Position numbers and translations under genes: made by a program. Below, in pieces: positions 8,557 through 17,339 of a DNA stretch of 23,254 bases (positions are counted from its first letter, which is position 1; the number at the start of each line of letters is the position of its first letter). The notes beneath the pieces were generated by a model that ran no database searches, was not told the origin of the DNA, and saw only the letters and a program-made list of their open reading frames with translations. Source of the DNA: Promethearchaeota archaeon (lineage in GTDB: Archaea; Asgardarchaeota; Thorarchaeia; Thorarchaeales; Thorarchaeaceae); assembly GCA_048939765.1 (NCBI GenBank), contig JBHLPF010000028.1, positions 17,634 through 40,887 of the forward strand, written 5' to 3'.

Positions 8557-9384
8557 CTACTCTGCCTTCTTACGTCGTTTGGATTTAGAAACTCCTTCAA
8601 AGAGAGAAACCAAATCCTTCACTTCAAATGAAGATTTGCCATCATTCGAAATGATCTCAGCCTCAATGTGCCCAGAGCCATCATCCAAGTCAATATGAAG
8701 ATCTTCGTATTTCTGGAGTGTGTTATCATCTAACAGAGACTCCTCTTTCGGAGGCTTTACACCATCAAGTTCGATGGTCAGAGACCACCAATTCGTCGCC
8801 AAGCCTGATACAGATGCATTAATTCCATAATGCTTTGACAATAACTCCACATACATTCTGAAGACCTGGAAGGAATTAACCTCATGATGACTAGGATTCA
8901 CTATGACAATGCCCCTTGCAAAATCAAAATGGAAAATCAAATCATCTCCTGCAACAAGCATGATGTTGTCCTCTTGGACATCAGAGGTATTCTTCCAGAT
9001 TTTCTTGAAGCGAGAAAGAAAGTGCTTGATTGAACTGACTCTCAGGGTTGAAAGGAAGTCCTTCGTTTGGAGACGTCTGTCAATCATCCCTCTCCCTTTT
9101 CTTTCAAGAATGAATCGTTTCACTTGCTCCAAGTATTGGCTATAGCAAAAGCTTGGGAGATCCTCAGGTTCAACTCCTATCTCAATCAGCATGTTGAGGA
9201 AATTGCGGTTGTTGCAGGCTGGTCTAACCGTGCAACCTAGGCGATCCTCTTGACATTCGCGACAACGTTCCTCATAAAGCTCAATAAACTCCTTCGCCAG
9301 CTGAGTGTCGGCAGGGAGGTCTAAAAGCTCCATTCGTGTCGCAAGTTCATCAGCATGCTTCTTTAGCTTCATTAGTCGATTCAA
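8557..9384 (-). CDS. Hypothetical protein with Cys-rich putative metal-binding N-terminal domain
   Basis: 275-aa ORF with CRECQEDRLGCTVRPAC...SFCY. Confidence 0.8.
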   Translation of the reverse strand: MNRLMKLKKHADELATRMELLDLPADTQLAKEFIELYEERCRECQEDRLGCTVRPACNNRNFLNMLIEIGVEPEDLPSFCYSQYLEQVKRFILERKGRGMIDRRLQTKDFLSTLRVSSIKHFLSRFKKIWKNTSDVQEDNIMLVAGDDLIFHFDFARGIVIVNPSHHEVNSFQVFRMYVELLSKHYGINASVSGLATNWWSLTIELDGVKPPKEESLLDDNTLQKYEDLHIDLDDGSGHIEAEIISNDGKSSFEVKDLVSLFEGVSKSKRRKKAE

Positions 9385-9560
9385 CTCTGATTATCGTTCA
9401 GACTTTGGAGAGACCTGAGGTAGTCTGAGTGACCTCGACCAGCTCATGTGCAGCACATAAGGCTCTAGATGCGAATGCGCATTTCAGTTTGATAAGTTTA
9501 TGGCCGGTGACATGCGTCCCAGTCGACATCTATGCAGTATTTCCGATTCAAAAGAGGAAT

Positions 9561-10493
9561 CTAGCTGCTCTTCGCCATCTCTTTTAGCTTGGTCGCCCAA
9601 CTGCGAATCTCTGTGTTCAGATTTGCGATATCATTCTCGTTTAGAGTCGCAGTGGGTGGATAGGACTTGAGTTCTCTTGCTTTCTTTCCAAACTGGAAGA
9701 GAACAGGGGTATGCCCAGAAATCATCGTGGTCAGCCTATCGCGGGCTTCTTCCAAAACACTAGCCATTTCACGAGCTTCAGTCTGTGGAGTCACTTCCTT
9801 CAGAAGCCCCTTCATAATCTCGTCAATAGTGGACTTGCTGACTTTCTTTGGAGGAGGTTCTTTTTCCTCTTTTTCCTCTCTTTCCTCCTTTTCCTCCTTC
9901 TCCTCCTCTGCTTTCTCCTTGACTGTCTTCTTGGCTGGCTTCTTGACTGATCTCTCAACGGATTCGTCTAGAGCTGGAAGACTGGTCAGCGTTTCTAGTG
10001 CTTCTTCGATTCTGTCAATAGCTTGGTTGTACTTGCGCTCAATGTCATCAAGTTGGCGGACAATTATGCCAACTATCTCTTTCGTTTCTGTAAGGGAACC
10101 TGAAACTTCCTGAACAGTTTCCTCAAGGCCTGAAAGACCAGCAACGTATTGCTGTAGGTCATCGATCCTCTTGGTGATTACTTCACCGTCAAGAGAACTA
10201 GCCATCTCTTCAATCTTCTTAGCAACATCATCTGCAGTACTGGAATTGCTCACTTCATTACCAAGATCAGAGAGTCCAACGAGGATGTCATCCATCTTCT
10301 TGAAGAGAACTTCCATCTCCTTAGAGTCTCGCACATCAATGATGTCGGAGGACATTGAATCAATTTTCTTGTCTATACCTTTCACTGAAGATAGTTCTGC
10401 CAGTTCCTTCTTGACGGAGGCGAGCTCATCAGTGACATTGTCGATTTTCTTTTCGATGGATTCAAGAACTGCGTCGGACTTATCGCCAGGCAT
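9561..10493 (-). CDS. Coiled-coil protein with repeated KK(I/M)D motifs, charged linker and C-terminal helical domain
   Basis: 310-aa ORF with heptad-like pattern and an EEK-rich linker. Confidence 0.8.
   Translation of the reverse strand: MPGDKSDAVLESIEKKIDNVTDELASVKKELAELSSVKGIDKKIDSMSSDIIDVRDSKEMEVLFKKMDDILVGLSDLGNEVSNSSTADDVAKKIEEMASSLDGEVITKRIDDLQQYVAGLSGLEETVQEVSGSLTETKEIVGIIVRQLDDIERKYNQAIDRIEEALETLTSLPALDESVERSVKKPAKKTVKEKAEEEKEEKEEREEKEEKEPPPKKVSKSTIDEIMKGLLKEVTPQTEAREMASVLEEARDRLTTMISGHTPVLFQFGKKARELKSYPPTATLNENDIANLNTEIRSWATKLKEMAKSS
9864..9908. repeat. Imperfect 9-bp tandem repeat, 5 units, encoding the EEK linker
   Basis: ttcctcttt ttcctctct ttcctcctt ttcctcctt ctcctcctc. Confidence 0.7.
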
Positions 10494-10587
10494 TAAGACA
10501 CCCCAACCTATATGGCCGCCTTTTGGAGGTTAGCCGCTGCATATTTAGATTTTCGTACTGCATTTGAGACTATGTAATAACAATCGA

Positions 10588-11412
10588 CTATAGTTTACTT
10601 GCTCGTACTACGGGAATGTCTAGGTCCCCCAGAATCGGAAATAGCACAGCCTTGTTCTCAGCATTGGTTCCTTTCCAGTCAATGATTGCTTGCGTTATTT
10701 CCTGAGCACTCCGCTTCAACATCTGAGAAACAATATCCTGTGTAATCTCGTTCAATGCGTACTTTGGAGCAATATGTCCAATCGTGACACCTTTCTCAAG
10801 CACGAGTTTATTGAATTTACTGGCATAGTGAGTCCCTCCGAATCCAATTGAAGCGCTACCAGTCATGGGGGCTTTGACGCAATCCATCACTGCTGCGGCA
10901 ACTGCCTGTGCTCCTTCCTCATGGCACCAATACGTTTCATCGCTTCCAAGCTCTACAAAAAGAAGGGGTGTATTCATTGATGTGGGACCATGATGTGTGA
11001 CTTCCAATGTAACATCAAACTCACTCAGATTTCGTTCGATCTTTTGTTGGTTGAGGCTCTTGAGGGCAAGAGAAACAAGGGATGGCGCCGAAATTGATAG
11101 TTGTCTGGGGGTTCCCCCAAAATCCGCTTGTGGACCAAAATTCCCTGTACTATGAACCAGGAGAGCAGGTTTCCCTGATGCCGCTCGATGACGAGAGCAA
11201 TAGATGAAGACCTCTGCCTCAAAGTGGTCTTCAAGGTAGCTGGAGTGAATCATATCTTGGTTTATTGTAACGAGTAGCGCAGACTCATCTAGCTTGTAGA
11301 CCGGATTACCCTCAAACACCTCATCAGATCTTTTGAATTCATAGTCCTCGCGAAGTGCCTTGGCAATAGTCTGGCTTGCTGTATCTTCAGTGGAAGTCAC
11401 CAAGACTCTCAT
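10588..11412 (-). CDS. dtdA: D-aminoacyl-tRNA deacylase (archaeal DTD2)
   Basis: SRH, LLVHSTGN, LEVTHHGP, FVELGS and GFGGTHYA motifs. Confidence 0.95.
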   Translation of the reverse strand: MRVLVTSTEDTASQTIAKALREDYEFKRSDEVFEGNPVYKLDESALLVTINQDMIHSSYLEDHFEAEVFIYCSRHRAASGKPALLVHSTGNFGPQADFGGTPRQLSISAPSLVSLALKSLNQQKIERNLSEFDVTLEVTHHGPTSMNTPLLFVELGSDETYWCHEEGAQAVAAAVMDCVKAPMTGSASIGFGGTHYASKFNKLVLEKGVTIGHIAPKYALNEITQDIVSQMLKRSAQEITQAIIDWKGTNAENKAVLFPILGDLDIPVVRASKL

Positions 11413-11427
11413 TAAATCACCAAGAAA

Positions 11428-12663
11428 CTATGCAACATTAGTCCTCTCAAGAAGGGGCTCAAGAGAAATCTCCATTTGAAGATTGACCTTCTCTTCAAAG
11501 GACTCTAGAATCTCAGATTCAATCCTCACCTTGAAGTCCTTTGCACGAGAAATTTCACGAGAGATATCATCCCTGATCCTTAGCATGTCGTTTCGGTGAT
11601 ACTCCAAGTTCCTCTCGGCTTCATTCAGCTCCTCATGCAGTTTTGCGCTCTTCGCGTAAACATCAGAATCAGCAAATGCATGGCGCTTCTCTTCCAGTTC
11701 CTTTGCTTTCTCTTGAATCTCACCTAGAGATCCATTACTAATGGCTTCGACCTCTTCAATAGCCCTTCTTGCCAGTCGGTCCTTCATAGGAAGCTTACCA
11801 TTCTCAATTGCCTTCCTTAACCCTGCCAAGCCCTCCAATAGTCCAGGATAGCCGATTGGCTCTTCCACAATAGCTTCATACGGATTCTCGAAGTAGTCGT
11901 TTAATGCCTTCTGCCCTGTCGCACTCACTCTCACACCAGTATCATGTTGAAAGAACTTCTTCACCTGCTTCTTGAGTGGATTAAGTTTCATTCTCAGCAG
12001 ACTCGCAATGTGGTCTGCTTCAGAGTCGATGTTCAACAAATCTGCTACGTTCGAAGTTTCGGTAAATTCTTCATAGGCTTCCTTTGCCGATTCATATTCG
12101 CTCAGTGCTGTTTCAATCTTAGCACGAGTCGTACGAATCTGTTCTTCATATACCTCCTTGCTGAAGCCAAGATCCTGAAGGGTCTGGATTCTACCGCCTA
12201 TACGCTCCAAATCCTTAAGCCAGCTGAACTCGTAGAGCAATTTCTGTATCTTGTTCATCTCTGACATGAGTTCCTTCATGCTGACATCCAGCTGCTTGAT
12301 AGTACTCTTGTGCTTCTTGTCCATCCGTCTAATCCAACGAGCGCCGGCACCCCAGAGTTCCTGGATGAAGCTTCGAATCCCTTCTTGAAGTGCCTCAGTG
12401 CTTTCATACGTTATTTCCTTACCAACGTAGAAATCATTTGTAATGTCTTCGACCTTCATTGCAAATCTTGTAGCAATCCCTGTGGAATCAGGATCATCTT
12501 CTTCACCTGGTTCTTTCAGATTTCGCGACATCTCCTGAATGTCTTTCAAAGACCTCTCTACGATTCTGTAGCTCTTTTCGGCCTTTTTCGTAAAATCCTT
12601 GGACATCTTGCTTAGACGCTTGCGATACCACTTCTGAAGCTGCTCGATTGTAAGAGTCGTCAT
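11428..12663 (-). CDS. Hypothetical alpha-helical/coiled-coil protein
   Basis: 411-aa charged helical ORF, 15 bp upstream of dtdA. GGTGG SD. No Walker motifs. Confidence 0.8.
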   Translation of the reverse strand: MTTLTIEQLQKWYRKRLSKMSKDFTKKAEKSYRIVERSLKDIQEMSRNLKEPGEEDDPDSTGIATRFAMKVEDITNDFYVGKEITYESTEALQEGIRSFIQELWGAGARWIRRMDKKHKSTIKQLDVSMKELMSEMNKIQKLLYEFSWLKDLERIGGRIQTLQDLGFSKEVYEEQIRTTRAKIETALSEYESAKEAYEEFTETSNVADLLNIDSEADHIASLLRMKLNPLKKQVKKFFQHDTGVRVSATGQKALNDYFENPYEAIVEEPIGYPGLLEGLAGLRKAIENGKLPMKDRLARRAIEEVEAISNGSLGEIQEKAKELEEKRHAFADSDVYAKSAKLHEELNEAERNLEYHRNDMLRIRDDISREISRAKDFKVRIESEILESFEEKVNLQMEISLEPLLERTNVA

Positions 12664-12805
12664 TGGAAGTCCACCTGAGATTCGAAAGGGTTTTCCGAGT
12701 GCACTTTATCAACTTTGTGACCCGAGCGTAGCTACATAACTTGTGTATGGTAGACCTTTTAACTCTAGGAAACTCGGAGAAACTAGCATAGGAACGTGGT
12801 CGGTC

Positions 12806-13609
12806 ATGTCCGAGATCTTTGAAACCGGTAACCGACGTCCAAGACTCGACATCAATTATGCTGTTGAATGTGCGTCATGAGGCTTAGGTCGCATCGGTTT
12901 CTACATCAGACGCCTCGGACTGATAGATCCCACCGGAAAGGAGCGACTATTGCTCAAGAATCCTGCTGACTATAAAGGCGGTATCTGGGCGTCATATGTC
13001 GTTGATGGGACCGCGGCTGTCGTGGAATCGACAGAAGCCGACACCATTGCTGTCGTGGAGCGAAAGCAGAAGAAGGGTAGCCTAAGTCTGGTGATGAACC
13101 ACACACCTCATGAATTCGAAAAACCTGTGGTGGCCTTCACACTTGACATGTGGAGCTACAACAAACCTGTCTTGTTGCTCCGGCATTCGACAACGAACAT
13201 CAGCTCAAGCATGGTCCAAGACCTCAAGGTCTACAGCATCTTCGACTTCGACATCGGAGGTCCAATGAGCTATAAAGACGACATGGGCACGTATGACAAG
13301 AAGAACGGAATTGTCATTGCCTATGATGAAAGTCAGCTCTCTGTAGCCATGGCCTCACAGCCGAGTCCCGATGGCTGGGAGATATCATCTCCACTAAAGC
13401 TCAAGGTAGAATCAGATAAGCGCGACCTGAAGAACAACCCCGAAGCGGGACCGAAGGACATTGCCACCGGTCTGCAGTGCAACCTAGGTGATTTAAAGCC
13501 GGGTGATAGCAGTTCGGTAAATCTTGTCCTCGCCTCTGCGTATGGTCTTGACGAGGTTCGAAGCCTCATCGATATGTCATGGGGCTTCTTCAAAACAAAA
13601 ATCCGATGA
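12806..13609 (+). CDS. Putative selenoprotein (267 aa, CxxU at residues 22-25), beta-rich body
   Basis: ATG 12806 is in frame with the called ORF at 12950 (offset 144 nt). The single internal TGA at 12878-12880 lies in ECAS*GLGRIG. A SECIS-like hairpin sits at the 3' end and a TTTTAA box at 12757-12762. Confidence 0.75.
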
Positions 13610-13649
13610 TGTCTACACCTAAAGCAAAATGGTGTCGATGGAGGCCGGG
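13602..13649 (+). promoter_or_regulatory. Eukaryote-like SECIS element (putative)
   Basis: UCCG-AUGA-UGUCUACACC-[UAAAGCAAAAU]-GGUGUCGAUG-GAG-GC-CGGG: tandem G.A core, about 10-bp upper stem with one U.C mismatch, apical AAA, short lower helix. Confidence 0.7.
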
Positions 13650-13672
13650 CTGCAACCCGCGGTAAGCACAGA

Positions 13673-13717
13673 AAAAAGATGAGAGGAGGCCACTCCTAGA
13701 AGTGATCCTGCCTCTCA
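13673..13717 (-). terminator. Hairpin plus U-tract terminator after the wHTH gene
   Basis: Minus strand reads TGAGAGG...CACTTCTAGGAGTG...CCTCTCA TCTTTTTT. Confidence 0.5.
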
Positions 13718-14107
13718 CTCATAATCCTGTTCTTCAAGGAAGTTAGCCAACATTACAGCAGTTGCTGTAAGCTTCGCCAGCTGTCCTCTGTTTTCCAAAT
13801 CACCGCCAGATAGCAGACCCAAGTCCATCAAGGAACGCAGGTTCCATTTCACAGTACTATAGGCCACTGAAGTCCTACGGGACACCACATCTGCTAATGC
13901 CGTCACTGTCAGATCATTATGCCTTAACAGCTGGGCACTCACTCTCAGAACGTATTTCTGAGTCTCACTCATTCTCATATCTGCTAAAGAAAGGAATGAT
14001 GCAGCGAGGCTCTCAAAAGAAGGCTTGGCGAAAGGTTCGTGACACTCTTGGAATACCTGGTTGACACTAGAGAATACATTCACCTCTTTGGCGAATTTGG
14101 CACTCAC
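13715..14107 (-). CDS. Winged-helix DNA-binding protein
   Basis: MSETQKYVL...TVTALADVVS...YSTVKWNLRSLMDLGLL...AKLT. Confidence 0.75.
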   Translation of the reverse strand: MSAKFAKEVNVFSSVNQVFQECHEPFAKPSFESLAASFLSLADMRMSETQKYVLRVSAQLLRHNDLTVTALADVVSRRTSVAYSTVKWNLRSLMDLGLLSGGDLENRGQLAKLTATAVMLANFLEEQDYE

Positions 14108-14257
14108 CTCTAGCCTGTATGACCCGACATCGATGGGCGGCGGTTGTCGTTTCTACACCCATTTCGCTTTTCACCTCTTTTTAGGGGTCGAAATCAAGCT
14201 CAAGTCAATTGTACTTAAGCATTTGCAGTAATGCGATTCTAAGTAATGAAGCACAAA

Positions 14258-14758
14258 TCACGACATCTCATCAGGTATCTCCAGTCCAAGTGAACCCAAT
14301 TTGGAAAATCCTTGACTATACAGACTCATATGATGCCGAATGTCTTCTTCAATCTCAGCAAGGGAGGTCAAATAGGGGACTATCTCCTCCAATCCACCTG
14401 TCTTGTATTCGTCCATCATGGCATGAATGACATCACTCATACGAAGCATTCCCCCTTGGATCACATCACTGAGGTCGATCATCGATTGAACAACCTCACG
14501 AGCATCAGGGTCGGGCATATAGGGCATGAAGTCTTCCAAAGCCACAGCAGTATCTTTCGCCTTTTCAACTCTCCCAGGAATAATCTCATCATACATCGAA
14601 TTCATCCAACCGAGACGCTCTTCCGATGTAAGGTCCCTGAGGTTCTCAAGTGAGAAATACCCTGTCCAAGGACCGAAATCGGAACTCTCGTAGTAGATCC
14701 AGTTATCGAAAGCTCCAAGAACTCTGCGCCAACCTTCTGCCGTTTCAGACATGTTCAT
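14258..14758 (-). CDS. Hypothetical acidic helical protein
   Basis: 166-aa ORF filling the gap between genes; no motif recognised. Confidence 0.7.
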   Translation of the reverse strand: MNMSETAEGWRRVLGAFDNWIYYESSDFGPWTGYFSLENLRDLTSEERLGWMNSMYDEIIPGRVEKAKDTAVALEDFMPYMPDPDAREVVQSMIDLSDVIQGGMLRMSDVIHAMMDEYKTGGLEEIVPYLTSLAEIEEDIRHHMSLYSQGFSKLGSLGLEIPDEMS

Positions 14759-14815
14759 CCCAAAAGTCTGTCATCAATGGAGGTTATAAACTAGCGTGAG
14801 CTACGGAGATGTATC

Positions 14816-15487
14816 ATGAGGGAGAGGCATCTCGAAGACCTATTGAGGATACTGAAGGAGTCAAAAGAAGACAATTGCATGAATGAAGTTGGGAGTGCTC
14901 TAGACGACGTTCTGAGAGCGATTGGAGCTAAGAAACTGGAATCCGGTGCTTGGGAGATTGAGAGAACACTACGTATCGACTTAGCGCTTCGCGCGGTTTC
15001 CATAGGAGCGAAGCTTGAGGACGTTGTCGACCTATTGACGTGGAAGGACTTCGAGGGATTTGTCGCTAGCATTTTGGGGGAAAACGACTACCGATGTGTT
15101 GAGAGTTTCAGGAAACGCGGCACATCTGAAGCTCGAGGAATGGAGATCGATGTGATTGCCGTTCGGGGAAATAGCATCTTATCTATTGATGCAAAGATGT
15201 GGGGTATTAGGACTGGAAAGTCATCATCATTGAAGATAGCAGCAGAGAAGCAGAAAGAGAGAACGAAGAGACTCTGCGGCATGATTACGCGTCTGGCAGG
15301 AAAATTGAGTGGTCTGGCCGCGGGACGATATATAATGAAGCCAATTTTGGTGACTTGGATGGTAGAAGAGGTAGTCTTCCATGAAGGTGTCCCTATTGTC
15401 CCGGTCTTCTTGCTGAATTCGTTTCTACAAGACTTACCCATATATGAGGACATGATTGCGACATCCTCCTGTGTCTATGAGGGGTAG
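14816..15487 (+). CDS. Mrr/NERD-like PD-(D/E)XK nuclease family protein
   Basis: WKDFEGFVASIL, EIDVIA...IDAKMW. Confidence 0.8.
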   Translation: MRERHLEDLLRILKESKEDNCMNEVGSALDDVLRAIGAKKLESGAWEIERTLRIDLALRAVSIGAKLEDVVDLLTWKDFEGFVASILGENDYRCVESFRKRGTSEARGMEIDVIAVRGNSILSIDAKMWGIRTGKSSSLKIAAEKQKERTKRLCGMITRLAGKLSGLAAGRYIMKPILVTWMVEEVVFHEGVPIVPVFLLNSFLQDLPIYEDMIATSSCVYEG

Positions 15488-15567
15488 AGAATCGCTTTGT
15501 CAAGCGCGGATGGTTCACCTTTAAATTGAAAAACGTGTCACGCCAGACAACCTCTCCAGAAGGAGTG

Positions 15568-16461
15568 ATGACTTTGGCCCTATTCGGGATTGTATATCAC
15601 GAAAACGTGAATAATTGGGCTACTGCAAGCCTCATCGAGGCCATCAAGGAGAAGGGGCATATTCCTAAGCCTTTCCGCCTCCCTGATGTGGCTGCGGAAT
15701 TGCCTCATAGGTTCACACACCTAGATGAAGATATATCCACCATGGACGGTGTGATGGTCAGAACTATTGGCTTCGGAAACGGTGACCAAATCACTTTCAG
15801 GATAAGCCTGCTTGAACACTTTGAAGATGCAGGCATCTACGTAATGAATCCAGCTTATTCATTTAGAAGAGCCAAAGACAAGTATGCCACACTTACTGCT
15901 CTTCATAAGGCTGGCCTCAAAGTGCCAAGAACCTTCATTGGAGAGAATCTGGAAGCCGCAATTGATTTTGCTGATGAGGTTGGTGATGTAGTAATCAAGC
16001 CATTGATCGGAGCAAGGGGCTTAGGATCAATTCGAGCACAGAACAAGGAACTGAACTACAGAGCGATGAAATTCATTCATCAGTTAGGGCAAGTACTGTA
16101 TGTACAGGAAATGATACAAAAACCAAGTCGGGATATTCGAGCGTTTGTAATAGGAAGCCAATTGGTTGGAGCAATGTATAGATACCTTCCTGAAGGCCAA
16201 AGCGATGAATGGAGAACTAATGTTCATGGAGGCGGGCGTGCGGAGATTGCGGAGCTTGATCCGGAATACAAAGAGTGTGCAATTAAGACTGCAGAAACTC
16301 TAGAGCTCGACTATACTGGCGTAGATATACTGGAATCACCTGATGGCCCATGCGTTATTGAGGCAAATGCTGCACCATCATGGAGTGCATTGTCTCGAGT
16401 AACTGGAATGGATATTGCCGGCCTCATAGTTGATAGGCTGATTGAGCAGACGGGGGTATAG
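15568..16461 (+). CDS. RimK-family ATP-grasp alpha-L-glutamate ligase (MptN/CofF-like)
   Basis: DKY, VPRT, VIKPLIGARGLG, YVQE, DIRAFV, WRTNVHGGG, GVD and EAN motifs. ATG 15568 follows a GGAG SD. Confidence 0.88.
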   Translation: MTLALFGIVYHENVNNWATASLIEAIKEKGHIPKPFRLPDVAAELPHRFTHLDEDISTMDGVMVRTIGFGNGDQITFRISLLEHFEDAGIYVMNPAYSFRRAKDKYATLTALHKAGLKVPRTFIGENLEAAIDFADEVGDVVIKPLIGARGLGSIRAQNKELNYRAMKFIHQLGQVLYVQEMIQKPSRDIRAFVIGSQLVGAMYRYLPEGQSDEWRTNVHGGGRAEIAELDPEYKECAIKTAETLELDYTGVDILESPDGPCVIEANAAPSWSALSRVTGMDIAGLIVDRLIEQTGV

Positions 16462-16471
16462 TGCGAGGGAA

Positions 16472-17221
16472 TTACTCTGTGCCTATTGAGCTGAGAGCTG
16501 ACTCAACCTCTTCCAACGAGAGAGACCTGAAGATTCTTTCCTCGACATCAATCTTTCCGATTTCTACAACGCGAGGCCGTTTTTCAGGTTCAAGCCCGGC
16601 TATTTCGCCGCTTTTTAAAAGTCCTCTAAGAGCTAAATTGGTTGCTTCGTCAAGAGAGAGCTTCTTCTCATCTTTGAGATTCTCCTTGAAGAATTCACGA
16701 ACATCATCAGCCTCTCGACCAATAGCCGCGGCCTTCCAACCCCAGAATGATCCGGAGGGGTCCGTTGTATATAGCTGAGGACCGTCGTGGTCAACACCGC
16801 CGACTAGGAGCGACACTCCAAAGGGGCGAACTCCTCCGTATTGAGTATGTAACTGCTTTGTGTCACAAATGTTGACTACAAGTGATTGAATCGAGATGGG
16901 TTCATCATAGCTCAGACGGTTGACCTGGGCTTGCACTCGCGCTTGGTCGATTAGCTTTCTGGCGTCAGCGTGCAAACCGGCGATTGCAGTTCCTACATGG
17001 TCATCAATCAGCAGGATTTTCTTGAGGGTATCAAGGTCAACCAAGACGTGGGGAGAGCGCTTCTCTCCAGCCAGGACTACACCGTCGGTAGCCTTGACTC
17101 CAACAGCAAGAGGCCCGTGACGAACAGCCTCAGTTGCATACTCAACCTGATATAGGCGGCCTTCAGGGCTAAACACAGTGATTGCACGGTCATAGCCCAT
17201 ACTCTGTGTGGGACCAAACAT
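16472..17221 (-). CDS. psmA: Proteasome subunit alpha
   Basis: GYDRAITVFSPEGRLYQVEYA, RPFGVSLL, TDPSG. Confidence 0.97.
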   Translation of the reverse strand: MFGPTQSMGYDRAITVFSPEGRLYQVEYATEAVRHGPLAVGVKATDGVVLAGEKRSPHVLVDLDTLKKILLIDDHVGTAIAGLHADARKLIDQARVQAQVNRLSYDEPISIQSLVVNICDTKQLHTQYGGVRPFGVSLLVGGVDHDGPQLYTTDPSGSFWGWKAAAIGREADDVREFFKENLKDEKKLSLDEATNLALRGLLKSGEIAGLEPEKRPRVVEIGKIDVEERIFRSLSLEEVESALSSIGTE

Positions 17222-17339
17222 GCTATGATAAACACTCCACTATTGTGAGTCCCATATTTGAAGGGATCACTATTTTGAAACCCAAATCTGAATCTTAAAA
17301 GCTTGTCTGTGTGTTTGTTCCTGGATTCTTTGTTAAGGC

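Noticed and set aside
4748-8698. Many long plus-strand Ser-rich ORFs
   Set aside because: Antisense shadows of the 1301-aa gene. The same applies to most short overlapping ORFs in the track.
9385-9447. Short in-frame upstream ORF (MSWSRSLRLPQVSPKSER) separated from the 275-aa gene by TAA
   Set aside because: TAA is not a recoded codon and the peptide has no motif; probably chance.
4618-12663. SMC/Rad50 or chemoreceptor assignment for the coiled-coil proteins
   Set aside because: No Walker A/B, signature, hinge, zinc-hook or MCP hairpin motifs.
13607-13699. Read-through of the terminal TGA giving a U-C dipeptide extension
   Set aside because: This UGA is part of the putative SECIS core, and the extension runs through the hairpin and looks non-coding.
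14816-15487. Restriction-modification or defence island
   Set aside because: Solitary Mrr-like nuclease with no methylase or mobile-element context.
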